Shown: positions 30,779 to 41,480 of the stretch, piece after piece | Numbering within the stretch: position 1 is the first letter of the stretch | Layout of the letters: every line of letters starts with the position of its first letter | NCBI GenBank assembly: GCA_965243135.1 | Contig: OZ251539.1 | Span: forward strand, 2,976,001-3,040,000 | Reading direction: 5' to 3' | From: Alphaproteobacteria bacterium | GTDB taxonomy: Bacteria; Pseudomonadota; Alphaproteobacteria; MPNO01; UBA830 | Length of the DNA stretch: 64,000 bases | Position numbers and translations under genes: made by a program | The notes under the pieces: model-generated | The model's database searches: none | Told to the model about the DNA's origin: nothing | Seen by the model: only the letters and a program-made list of their open reading frames with translations

Positions 30779-30930
30779 GTACTTGCCCCTCTCGACGAGG
30801 CGGCGCGCATGGTCCGTCTTGTCGACGTAGTAGCAGTCCATCCCCCGGATCTCCCGGAGGGAGGAAAAGCCGATCGGAAGCATGCGTTTCGTCATCCGAA
30901 GAGGGTAGGCCGCCGCGCCGGAGCCGTCAA
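30779..30930 (-). pseudogene. Promoter and first ~38 codons of an AAA-ATPase/PD-(D/E)XK paralogue
   Basis: Near-identical to 37797..37948; homology stops abruptly at gtacttgcccc (30779). Confidence 0.9.
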
Positions 30931-30947
30931 GAAGTCGGCGGCGGCAG

Positions 30948-32225
30948 TGTCAGTAACAGATGATATGTCCGGTCCATGTACCCTGTCCGGTTTTAGAACG
31001 CTTCCAAACCAAAGGAGGTGGCGGCGGACGGAACAACGACAGGGACTGAGGAAGGAGGTGTCGCACCCGTGTGCTGAGCCAAGGCGAGGCGGCGGAGGGC
31101 GTATCGGAACGCACCTTCCGGCGCTGGCGCTACGAGGCGGAGGGCGCAGAAGGGTTGTACGACCGCCGCCTGGGCCGGGTCTCGGCGCGCCGGGCCGACG
31201 CGGACGAGGTGGCGCAGGTTCTCGAATTGTTCGACACCCGGTACCGGGACTTCAACGCCAGGCACTTTCACGAGAAGCTGGTCGCCTGCCATGGCGTCCA
31301 GCGCAGCTACAACTGGGTCCGGTTGACCTTGCAGGCCCATGGCCGCGTGCGAGCCGCTCCGCGGCGCCCACCGGCGCAAGCGCCCGCGGCGGGCGCTGCC
31401 CGGCGCTCCACCAGGACGGCTCGCGCCACGAGTGGGTGTCGGGTCGGCAGTGGGCGTCACCATGGACGACGCCACCAGCGAGGTCTCCTCGGCCTTCTTC
31501 GTCGCCGAGGAAGGCACCCTTTCCAGGCGCTTCGCGAGGTGGTCGGCGAGCGCGGGCTGTTCTGCTCGCTCTACACCGGCAGCCACTACTTCCACACGCC
31601 CGAGGCCGGCGGCAAGGTCGACAAGGACAACCCGACCCAGGTCGGGCGCGCCCTTCGCCGGCGTCGAGCACATCGCCGCCTACTCGCCCGAGGCCCGCGG
31701 GCGCTCGGAGCGGGTGTTCGGCACCCTGCAGAAACGCCTGTCCCAAGAACTCAGGCTCGCCGGCGTCGCCGACATGGCCGAGGTCAACCGCTTCCTCAAG
31801 CAGGTCTACCTGCCGGGCCACAACCGGCGCTTCGCCACCCCGCCCGAGAGGGTCGGCCTTCGTGCCCTTCGCCGGCACCCTGGACGACATCCTCTGCGTC
31901 CACGAGGACCGTCTCGAACGACACGCGGTACAAGGGACGCACCCTGCAGATCCCGGCCGACCGCCACCACTACGTCAAGGCCAAGGTCCGGGTCCACGAG
32001 TACCCCGACCACACCCTTGCCGTCTTCCACGGCCCCGGACGCCTCGCTCTCTACCGGGCCGACGGGGCTCCGACCGCAACCCGGAAGGCCGCGTGACCCG
32101 CTTCGACGCGATTTTCCGGAGGCGTGGACAGCCGCTTCGCGCCTGACCACTTCCCCACAGGCCCAACCACCACAACGGAAGCGGTCAATTAATTTGGTAC
32201 CTACCAGTTCAAAATGTTCTTGACA
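30948..32225 (+). mobile_element. IS1202-family (IS481-like/ISNCY) element, decayed transposase, 17-bp TSD
   Basis: Ends TGTCA...TGACA; direct repeat GAAGTCGGCGGCGGCAG at 30931-30947 and 32226-32242; motifs SERTFRRW, MDDATSE, AYSPEARGRSERVFGTLQKRL. Confidence 0.9.
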
Positions 32226-34090
32226 GAAGTCGGCGGCGGCAGGCGCGTCCCCTGGCGCGGCAAGCAGCCGGCAGTTTCCGCGGCGGCACGGGCCGCCGGC
32301 GGGGAAAAGCGCGGAGGCGCAGCTACGCTTCAGGCGCTTACCGGTCGGGCGGGCGCGAGCGCTGCCGCCGGGCAACGGTTCCGTCGAACGAGAGCGTCGT
32401 CCGGTCGAGCGAGCGGACTTCCGCCGCCGAAAACCATGGGCTCGTTCGAAGCCATCAACCGAAGCGGCTCGCGAAACCGGAAACGGTGATGGCAGGCATT
32501 GGCCTCCGTTTTTGAACTCACCTGCCTGACCTCTCCGCAACATGAAAACGGTCGGTCAGCCACCACGCGCGTTGCGCTTCGAACTTGAAGGGGCGTCCGA
32601 GAGTGAGATTATTATAGGACCTCAAGTCGTAGACGGAGAAGCGATGTGCGAAAATTTAAGAATCGCAACGAAACGAGCTGGATTGCCGACAACGGTAAAT
32701 GTGTCGAAGATGCGAACCTGAATCGCAGCAGCGCTTCCGAACGACGGAAACTCAGGAAGGGAACGATTTCGTTCTCGAAGCGCAACTTGATGACTTGGCG
32801 ACTGCATCGGTGATTGCGAGGTTGTGGGGAGGTCGGGCGACAGCGATTCCGAGACTGGCTCAATGGCTATCGTCATCCGAGCGATCGGAAACGTTTCGAA
32901 ATCCATACGCTGAGAACCGGGGGGGGGCGGAGAATGGAAACGGACGGAAGTGGCGGCATCCTCAAGAGCGGCGGCCGGGGGCCAATGCGCCTGTTTCCAA
33001 CCCGTCGAGCCTACTGACGCTTCGAAGCCTCGGCCTGCAGGCTGGGTATGCCTGACAATAGCCGGCGAGACAGGAATAATCCTGCTTGGTCGGGCGGCGG
33101 GTTGCGGTAGCCGGCGGCGACGGTCAGCGCCGCTGCTTTGAGCGTCCTCGGCTTCGGCGTTCTCGGCAGTTTCGTCGCGTAGTCCTCGCTACCCGGAGAA
33201 CGAAAAAATTTCGTCCGGGGACCGGACACAGGTGCGCACTTGCGACCGACGAACGGGGGGCTTTGCCGTCGGCGACGGCCCTCCAGCGGCGGGACGCGGT
33301 GCGCCAGGAGGCGGAAACGTCGTGCGGAGGCAAGTCGGCAGGTGACGTTCTGGAAAACGTAGCGCACGCGTGCCAAGGCGGCGCGCAACGAGCTGAAACC
33401 CCTGAAGTCGGCCTCTTCGGCGAACGAGCGGGCCGCCCGCGGCGCGTAAGCTTCGCAAGTTCGGCCGCAAGAGCGAGCGCACCGCGCGGAAGAGCGACGA
33501 GAGGCCCGGCGGGGGCGACGGCCCGGGTCGCCGTCGCGCGGACGCGAGCCGCGCTTGCCGGGTTCCCGGCCGCTGTCCGCGGCAAGCCTTGCGCGGGAAA
33601 CGGAGAAAAGGTCGCTCGTCGAGTTTCGCGCCGCGGCGTTGTCGCCGGCCCCCGTTCGACGCCGAAGCGGGAGGCGCGCCGGCGCCGCGGTCGGTCGCGA
33701 ACGACGGCGCCGGGACTTGCGCCCCGCGCGACCGCGGCAGTCGCTCGACTTCGAGGTCTTGCCGGCAGGGAACGGCGTCAGGCACCCTTCGTTCGCGCCC
33801 GACCGTCGGCGTCGTTCGTTCGGCGACGGTCTCCGGCGCAGCGGTCTGGCGGCGCCTTGAGCGCCGTCATGTTCTCCTCGTGGCGGCGTTCTTCGGCTTC
33901 GCGCCGCTGCTTCGTGGCGGCGCGCTGCTGTTGCCCGCGTTGGTCGTTGGCGCGGACGCCGTACGCCGACGGCCGCGACGGCGTTGACGGAAGCGACGGC
34001 GAGGTTGGCGATCTCGAAGGGGTAATGAGCGTCCTTTCCGGAAACGGTATCCGCGGCGCCGATGCGCTCGTCAAGAGAGAGGTTTGCGCC

Positions 34091-34110
34091 AGCCTTAGCG
34101 GGAATTGCTG
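34091..34110. repeat. Orphan copy of the terminal inverted repeat of IS 38637..40280
   Basis: AGCCTTAGCGGGAATTGCTG is identical to 40261-40280. Confidence 0.8.
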
Positions 34111-36368
34111 GCGGACGAGCGCCCGAAGAGGCGCATGCCTGGCTTCCCTGGAGTGCGGATCCGAGCGCGTCCGCACCTGGCGCAACCAACTTCCGCAAGG
34201 ACCGTGAGCTTTGCGGGCGGAAATTCTTGGAAGCCGACATCTGTCGCGATCGCGCAACGGAACCCGCCTCTCAAACGCACGCCCCTGTCGTGCGCGCGAA
34301 CGTCTCGACTGGCGCAAGCCCAACGGCGGCCTGAAAGATACGAGTGCTCGCGCCGCCCTGCTGCGGAGACGGCCTCTGCCGCCGCCGTAGCGCCGGTCCA
34401 CCCGCGTTCGCCATCCAATTTCGCCGTCTCCTGAAACCGAACCGCCCTTGTTCCCAACTCCCGAACGTCAGGTCCGTCCGCTACGCACCTGTCCGCAACG
34501 CCAGCTCGCTCCGGGGAAATCCTGCCGCCCGCAGTAGGCAACCATGGTGCACGTTCGACACGCTCAATGCGCGGCCAAGAAGCCCAGGTCGGCGTTGTCC
34601 TCGACCTCGTCCGTCTTCCGGTGCAATTGACGAGAGCGTCGAACTCGCCGAGCGCGCGTTCCATCGCCCGCGGTGCGTCCACTCGCGCCGGCGGAACGAG
34701 CTCGAACGGCTCTCCGGCCTCCATGTGGGCGGGGGCGCGCCGGACGTCGTGCCTGCCCGTTCGGCCCCGGCGGCAGCGCCTTCAGATCTCGGCGACGCCG
34801 TCCCCGGCGGTCGTTTCGGCGCGCCGGCCGAGCGCCCGGTCGAAAGCGACCCTGCAGCTCCGCCGGTCGCCGTACCGTCTCCGCTTCCCTCGGGACGCGC
34901 CAGGCGACGAGCTCGCCGAGCGGATCGGTAGACGTTGGCGGACGACGTCCGGCCGTTCGCCTTCTCGGAGTCGGCTTCGAGCATGAACGTCTGCGCATGC
35001 GCTGCGCGCGTGCGGGCTGCGCGCCGTCGAGCGGCAGCCGGCCCGTCTTCCAGGCGCCGAAGGTCATGCCGGACGAGGGCGCGGCGAAAGGCCGTGGACC
35101 GTCGCCTGACGCGGCGCGGCCACGCAAAAGTCTTCGTCGGCGAGCGGCAACGCGCCCTTTTCCGCCATTTCGTTGACGCGGACGGTATCGTGCCGCTGTT
35201 TTCGTCGGCGACGACGCCCTCTTCCTGAAAACCGTAGACGCTGCGCGACGACGGGTATCGGCGCGCGCCCGCTTCCTTGGCCGTGCGGGCGTTTCGAGCC
35301 CGCGAATCCCGGCTCCCGGGTCGCCTCCTGAAACAGTTCGCCCGACGGGTCGTTGGGCGGCGAGGCGCCGCGTCGACGCCCCGCTCGCGGGTTGCGGTTG
35401 TCTTCGGCCTGCAAGCCGTTCCGCCTCCGGCATGCCGTCCGAAGAAGAACCTGTCCACGGCCTTGACGGCGTGGTTTGCCCAAGCGGGGAACAAGGGTGG
35501 CCGCCCGCGCCGGTCACCAAAACCTTCAAGCTCGTCCGCGGAATGGCGAGTTTCCTGCCCTCGGCGGGAAGGTTGGCCCTTTGGCGCGCGGCGCACCGCC
35601 CTTGCGCGGGCTGGCGCCTGCGGCGGCCGCTTTCCTCCCCGAGAGGCATGGACTGTCTCGACATGAACGGAAACGAACGGCGGAATGCCGGAACTTTGGG
35701 ACCGAAGCAACCGTCCCGCGGCGCGTCCGAACGCCCGCGCCCGTCCGCCCTCCAGGAGTATACCCGTTCCCGCTCGAGCGAGGCGGCGTTGCGCGAAGCC
35801 GGCGCCCCGTCCGCCCCTCGCCGCCGCTCCGCCTTCCTGACGAAGGCCGCGTCGCCGACCCCGCTCGTCCATCGGCGGAATCTCGGGCGCAGGCGCGGGC
35901 CGCGAACCCCGGTCGCAGGCCGGCGCGCCGGTCTCGCAGTCGTCGAGCGCGGTGAACCCCTCGGCGGTCCGTTCGGGGATTTCCGGAGGCATGAGGAAGA
36001 CTCCGCGCGCCGTGAGGTTTTCCGTAAGGGCCGAGGGCGAACGGCGCGGCCGTCCTTCCCCGGCGGTTCGCGCGCCCCGACGACGACCGGTAGATTCCTG
36101 CGAGCGGCGGCGGCGTCTTGCCCGCGCCGTTCGCGCTGGCCAGCCCGGCGCGGAAGACTGTTCTCGAGCGAGCGGCTGTCCGCGCCGCAAACGGCCACGG
36201 TCGCGGCGTCGAGCCGCAGTTCGGCGCGCGCGACCCGCCAGGCGCGGTGCATGGCCGGCGTCGCCGCCCGGCTCCAGGAAGCGGCAGTGGCGGCCGCCGC
36301 GAGCGCGCGGTCGGTCGGCGCTTTTCGCGGAGGCGCCGCCTGCGTCCGAACGGCAACGGCTCCCGGCC

Positions 36369-37913
36369 TTAGACGGTCTCGAACTCGAACCCGACGATGT
36401 TGCGCTCCTCCCGGCCGAACTCCACCCCGATCAGGTGGACCGGCACGCCCGGTCGCCGGTACTTGTCCGCGTAGCCGCGCTCCCGAATCTGCGCCAGCGC
36501 CCGGCCTTGCGGCTTCCCGTCCGCGACCTTGAACTCGAACAGGTAGACGCCGCCGCCATGCAGCACCGCGAGGTCCGAGCGGCCGCGCGCCGTGCTCTCC
36601 TCGGCGCGGACATCCATCCCCGCCGCCGCGAAGTGCGAGTAGAACACGCTCGCGTAGTGCGCCTCGTAGCCAGCCATGCCCGTGTTCGCGTACCACTCGT
36701 TCGGGATGCTCGCCAGGAACGCCCGAAACCGCCGCTCGAGGCCCGCGAAGTCGTTCTCGCGCATCAGGCGCCGCAACTCCCGGCTCTCCGCCGCGACCGC
36801 GACATCCGGCGCCATCGCCTCCAGCAGGAGCGCGTTCAGGCTGCGCTTCACCTCATGGTTCGGGTAGTCCAGCCGGTAGAGGGGCGCGTCCTCGTCCCGC
36901 TTCTCGTCGGCGACGGTCAGGTAGCCGGTCTGGAACAGAAGCGCCTCGACGGGAATGCGGTCGACGTCGATGGCCGACAGCAGGTCGTCGTCCGCGATCA
37001 TGCCCTCCAGGGCCGGCGCCGAGACCCGGCGCCGCGCCAGAAGGTCGACGAGAAAGGTCGGCGTGCCGCTCTGGAACCAGTACGGGCGGAATCTGCGCTT
37101 GTCGAACAGCAGCAGGATGTCGTGCGGATTGTAGACCCTCTCCGGTCCGAGCCAGTTGTAGCCGTTGTACCAGCGCCGGACCTTGTCCCGGTCCAGGCCC
37201 TCGAGTTCCGGGGCGAACACCGCGTCCAGCTCGTCGTCGGTGTAGCCGCACATGGCGCCGTAGCGCTCGTCCAGCGTGATGTCGTTCAGGTTGTTCAGGC
37301 CCGAGAACAGGCCCGCATGCGAGAACTTGCTCACGCCGGTAAGGAAGGCGAACCGGATATGCGCGTCGCAGTCCTTGACGACGCTGTAGAAGCCGCGCAG
37401 GAAGTCGCGGTTGGCCAGCGCCAGTTTCCGGTCGCCGAGCGCGTCCAGGATCGGCTTGTCGTATTCGTCCACCAGAACGACCGCCCGCTGCCCGGCGCGC
37501 TCGTGCAGCGTCCTTATCAGGCGCCGGAAACGGACCGCCGCCCCGGCGGGGCCCGGTTCGAGGCCGGCCAGCCGCTCCGTTTCCTCCAATTGATCTTCCA
37601 CGTTTCTCCGAACGAGGTCCGGGGAGTCGAAATTGCCGCCGCCGAAGCTGATCCGCACGACCGGATGGCGCGCCGACCAGTCCCACCTGTCGTGTATGGC
37701 GAGATCGCGAAACAGCTCCTCGCTTCCCTCGAACAGCTCTTGCAGCGTGTCCACCAGCAGGGTCTTGCCGAACCGGCGCGGACGCGACAGGAAATAGTAC
37801 TTGCCCCCTTCGACGAGCCGGCGCGCATGGTCCGTCTTGTCGACGTAGTAGCAGTCCATCCCCCGGATCTCCCGGAGGGAGGAAAAGCCGATCGGAAGCA
37901 TGCGTTTCGTCAT
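36369..37913 (-). CDS. AAA-ATPase-like plus PD-(D/E)XK nuclease protein (PF09820/PF08011 type), intact
   Basis: MLPIGFSSLREIR..YYVDKT, FLSRPRRFGKT, LVDEYDKP, FLTGVSKF, YPNHEV, GRSDL...LFEFK...ALAQIRERGYADKY. Confidence 0.93.
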   Translation of the reverse strand: MTKRMLPIGFSSLREIRGMDCYYVDKTDHARRLVEGGKYYFLSRPRRFGKTLLVDTLQELFEGSEELFRDLAIHDRWDWSARHPVVRISFGGGNFDSPDLVRRNVEDQLEETERLAGLEPGPAGAAVRFRRLIRTLHERAGQRAVVLVDEYDKPILDALGDRKLALANRDFLRGFYSVVKDCDAHIRFAFLTGVSKFSHAGLFSGLNNLNDITLDERYGAMCGYTDDELDAVFAPELEGLDRDKVRRWYNGYNWLGPERVYNPHDILLLFDKRRFRPYWFQSGTPTFLVDLLARRRVSAPALEGMIADDDLLSAIDVDRIPVEALLFQTGYLTVADEKRDEDAPLYRLDYPNHEVKRSLNALLLEAMAPDVAVAAESRELRRLMRENDFAGLERRFRAFLASIPNEWYANTGMAGYEAHYASVFYSHFAAAGMDVRAEESTARGRSDLAVLHGGGVYLFEFKVADGKPQGRALAQIRERGYADKYRRPGVPVHLIGVEFGREERNIVGFEFETV

Positions 37914-37919
37914 TCGGCG

Positions 37920-37948
37920 AGAGTAGGCCGCCGCGCCGGAACCGTCAA
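37920..37948 (-). promoter_or_regulatory. Sigma70 promoter, probably giving a leaderless mRNA
   Basis: Minus strand TTGACG-N17-TACTCT-N6-ATG with no RBS; same layout at 30930 and 48973. Confidence 0.6.
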
Positions 37949-37964
37949 GGAGGAGGTGGGTCCG

Positions 37965-38625
37965 TGTCAGTAACAGATGATATGTCCGGTCCATGTACCA
38001 AATGATCTCTTAGAAGGCTTCCAGACCAAAGGAGGTGGCGGCGGACGGAACAACGACAGGGACTGAGGAAGTTCGAAGAGGTGTCGCACCGGGGGTGCTG
38101 AGCCAGAGCGAGGCGGCGGAGGGCGTTTCGGAGCGCACCTTCCGGCGCTGGCGCGACGAGGCGGAGGGCGCGGAAGGGTTGTACGACCGTCGCCTGGGCC
38201 GGGTCTCGGCGCGCCGGGCCGGCGCGGACGAGGTGGCGCAGGTTCTGGAATTGTTCGACACCCGGTACTGGGACTTCAACGCCAGACACTTTCACGAGAA
38301 GCTGGTCGCCTGCCATGGCGTCCGGCGCAGCTACAACTGGGTCCGGCTGACCTTGCAGGCCCATGGCCGCGTGCGAGCCGCGCCGCGCCGCGGCGCCCAC
38401 CGGCGCAAGCGCCCGCGGCGGGCGCTGCCCGGTATGATGCTGCACCAGGACGGCTCGCGCCACGAGTGGGTGTCCGGTCGGCAGTGGGCGTCACCATGGA
38501 CGACGCCACCAGCGAGGTCTACTCGGCTTTCTTCGTCGCCGAGGAAGGCACCATGTCGACTTTCCAGGCGCTTCGCGAGGTGGTCGGAGAGCGCGGGCTG
38601 TTCTGCTCGTTCTACACCGACCGGC
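37965..38625 (+). mobile_element. Truncated second copy of the IS1202-family element
   Basis: Same left end TGTCAGTAACAGATGATATGTCCGG; GMMLHQDGSRHEW; 3' half missing. Confidence 0.88.
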
Positions 38626-38636
38626 GCACCTTCGGT

Positions 38637-40280
38637 CAGAAATTCCCGCTAACTTGTAGTGGTCGTGCCAAATCAGATGTAAAGGACTTTCTCGGCAGAA
38701 GGTACGACCGTCAGGACGAACGTCTAACGTTCGGCTTAATGACCGAAGCTTTCGTTGGTTATGTTTCCCCCTGAAGAACCTGCTACACACTTCGAAAATT
38801 TATTATATCAAGAAGTATCGTAAGGTTCCAGAATCGGTTTTTTGTATCCGAACGCTATAGCACGATAAAGCGCTTCCCAGCCTGGTAGTGAAAAGTTGAA
38901 GAACATAGCTCTCAACTTCTCCCACAGGTAGATGGAACGCTCGGCTTTCTTCCGTGCTCTTTGAAACAGATTGCAACATCTCTGCTGAATCTGGTCGATC
39001 AGGAAAGCCAGCATCATCAAGTTAGCAAAAACATTCGACAGATGCTTGTAACCATGACCGAAGTTGTGTTCGAAGCTGTAACCTTGGTTCTTCAGGGTGT
39101 TGAAGGTCTCGTTTTCGATACGCCAACGCGCACGCCCGGCACGCATTATCTCCATCAGGTTGTGATCTCCTACTGGCAGGTCTGTAACCCAGGAAAAGCG
39201 TTGCTTTTTGCCGTCGGGGCGCTTTTCCCAGTATTCAACAAAGTTGACTTCAAGGTCGAAATTCGCGTCGTTGAGTGGTGCCTTGTTAAGATATCTGAAT
39301 TCGTGCATTATACCTTCTTCATCGGAGAATTCGGCACGTTTCACAGATCGTGACCTGTTCACTAAATCAAACAAAAATTTATGGTCTCCCGGCTTCGCTC
39401 CCAGTATGAAGCGAAGGTTCAACTCCTTGAGATGCTTGACATGCGGGCCGTTCGAGGCAAGTCCGTCCTCTACCACTATCAATTTCAAAAACGGATGCTC
39501 CCGCCGCACATCGCGCAACAATCGTGTCGCCGCGTTGCGTTCGCAATCGTTTTTCTTCTTTCCATCTTTCTTGGTGATCGGCTCCGGCGCAAGAGGGAAA
39601 ACTTCCTTTTGTTCCGGATGTACGAGAACTGCCCCTAGCATCTGATGGTAGTACGTGATTGTTCCGTCCCTGTGGTGCTTTTCACAGCAGCTTTTACAGT
39701 GCACCTTGTGAGATGAAAAATATCCCGTTCCGTCAACGGATAAAAGATAATGCCCGCCTAGACATGTGTAACCTTCCAGACCCTTTCCACGCTGAAGCAA
39801 CTGGAACATCTTCGTGAAAGCGGGGCGTAAACTATGGGGGTCCACGTCGTCCAGACGCTCGCGCAACCTGGTATCGGAAGGCGCTCTCTCTATCCCGTAC
39901 AACGTCGCAAGATTATTGCGAACCGTTTCATCAAAACGTGCGTCGCGATCAAACTTTAAAAGAGATTTGTATTTCAAACCAAATACCGCAATCCCCGACA
40001 TCAGGCAATCCGAAAGAGCGACGCCTCGACTCGCCGTCAGATCCTCAATGCCGTCAAAAACCCCCCGGAGCGCCTTCAGCAATCCCGGAGCGCTGAGCGT
40101 CTTGCGCATGCTTGGCATTCTAGCCATTTTGGTACGATCCCGCCTCGCCTTCGAACCATTTTCCAGAGAAAAATTCTCCGCTCGAAGACAAATAGCCCCG
40201 AATCGCCTCGAAAAGTCTACGAAAATTTTTTTTCGGACCCCATATTTTCCAAGGGTTTCAAGCCTTAGCGGGAATTGCTG
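38637..40280 (-). mobile_element. Intact DDE insertion sequence with TIRs and 9-bp TSD
   Basis: TIRs CAGAAATTCCCGCTAA / TTAGCGGGAATTGCTG; flanking ACCTTCGGT at 38628-38636 and 40281-40289; lower GC. Confidence 0.93.
38808..40127 (-). CDS. DDE transposase (IS4-superfamily-like)
   Basis: LSVDGTG, VVEDGL, GRARWRIENETFNTLKNQGYSFEHNFGHG. Confidence 0.92.
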   Translation of the reverse strand: MARMPSMRKTLSAPGLLKALRGVFDGIEDLTASRGVALSDCLMSGIAVFGLKYKSLLKFDRDARFDETVRNNLATLYGIERAPSDTRLRERLDDVDPHSLRPAFTKMFQLLQRGKGLEGYTCLGGHYLLSVDGTGYFSSHKVHCKSCCEKHHRDGTITYYHQMLGAVLVHPEQKEVFPLAPEPITKKDGKKKNDCERNAATRLLRDVRREHPFLKLIVVEDGLASNGPHVKHLKELNLRFILGAKPGDHKFLFDLVNRSRSVKRAEFSDEEGIMHEFRYLNKAPLNDANFDLEVNFVEYWEKRPDGKKQRFSWVTDLPVGDHNLMEIMRAGRARWRIENETFNTLKNQGYSFEHNFGHGYKHLSNVFANLMMLAFLIDQIQQRCCNLFQRARKKAERSIYLWEKLRAMFFNFSLPGWEALYRAIAFGYKKPILEPYDTS

Positions 40281-40405
40281 ACCTTCGGTGCTTTGGCGCA
40301 TTAACCCTTTGATATAGCGCGTTTCTTTTTCGCGAAACCAGTCGGCGGGGACGGCCGCAGCGCCTGCTTCGTTCCCCGTCTGCAACGATTTCGGGGGAAA
40401 GAAGC

Positions 40406-41477
40406 ATGGTCCGTCTCAACCAACGCAGGGTCGACGCTCTCAAGCCGCGCGAATCCGCCTACGACGTTCGCGACGACGAACTCAAGGGGTTCGGCGTCAG
40501 GATCCTTCCATCGGGCGGGAAGCGATACTTCGTCCACAGCCAGCGCGACGGCAGGCGCGTCTGGAGGATCGTCGGCAAGGACATCGCCGAGGAAGAAGCC
40601 CGTGCGCGGGCGAAGGCCGTTCTGGCCTGCGGCGGACCGCCGTCGGCGGCGTCGTTCGAGGCGGTCGCGGAAGAAGTGTTCGAGCGTTACGGGCGGCACT
40701 GGAAACCCGGCACGCTCAAGGTCAACCGCTACTATTACAGGAACCAGATCCTGCCGTGGTTCGAAGGACGCCGCCGGGATAACGCGGCAGGACGTCCAGC
40801 GCTGGTTCGCTTCGCTGCACGCGACGCCCGCGGCGGCGGACCGTTCGGCGCCGATCCTGTCGGTCATCATGCGGCAGGCGGAGGTCTACGGTTACCGGCC
40901 GGAGGACAGCAACCCGTGCAAGGGCATCCGACGCTATCGGCGGCAGGGGTGCGAACGGTTCCTGACGGCTCCGGAGATTCGCCGTCTCGGGGCGGTTCTG
41001 GCGGGCCGCGAGCCCGACCGGCGCGTCGCGGTCGTCCGCCTGCTGTTGCTGACCGGCTGCCGCAAGAGCGAAATCCTGACGCTGCGATGGATCGACTATC
41101 GCGAGGGCAAGCTGCACCTCGCGGACAGCAAGACCGGACCGCGAACCGTATGGCTGTCGTCGGCCGCCCGGCATGTCCTGGACGGGCTGGACCGGCGAAG
41201 CCGGTGGATCTTCCCCTCCGCGTCCGGTCCCCTGGCCAAAAGTTCGCTGGACAGTTTCTGGCGGCCTGCGAGGATCGAAGCGGACCTTGGCGACGTCCGG
41301 CTGCACGACCTCCGCCATACCTACGCGAGCATGGCGCTGCGGCACGGAGAGACCGTGCTGACCATCGGCCGGCTGCTCGGCCACAACAAGCCGGAAACCA
41401 CCCTCAAATACGCGCATACGGCCGACGGGACGGTCCGCGAAGCGGTCGAGGCGGTCGGCGCGGCGCTGGAGGGCTGA
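40406..41477 (+). pseudogene. Tyrosine integrase with arm-binding domain, one frameshift near 40770
   Basis: DDELKGFGVRILPSGGKRYF in the first frame, then LTGCRKSE, DSKTG, LHDLRHT, LLGH, TLKY in the second frame. Confidence 0.88.
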
Positions 41478-41480
41478 GGC

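Noticed and set aside
34400-35300. Possible FAD/NAD-binding protein pseudogene
   Set aside because: Only one short motif (FDALVNCTG) is recognisable; not enough to call.
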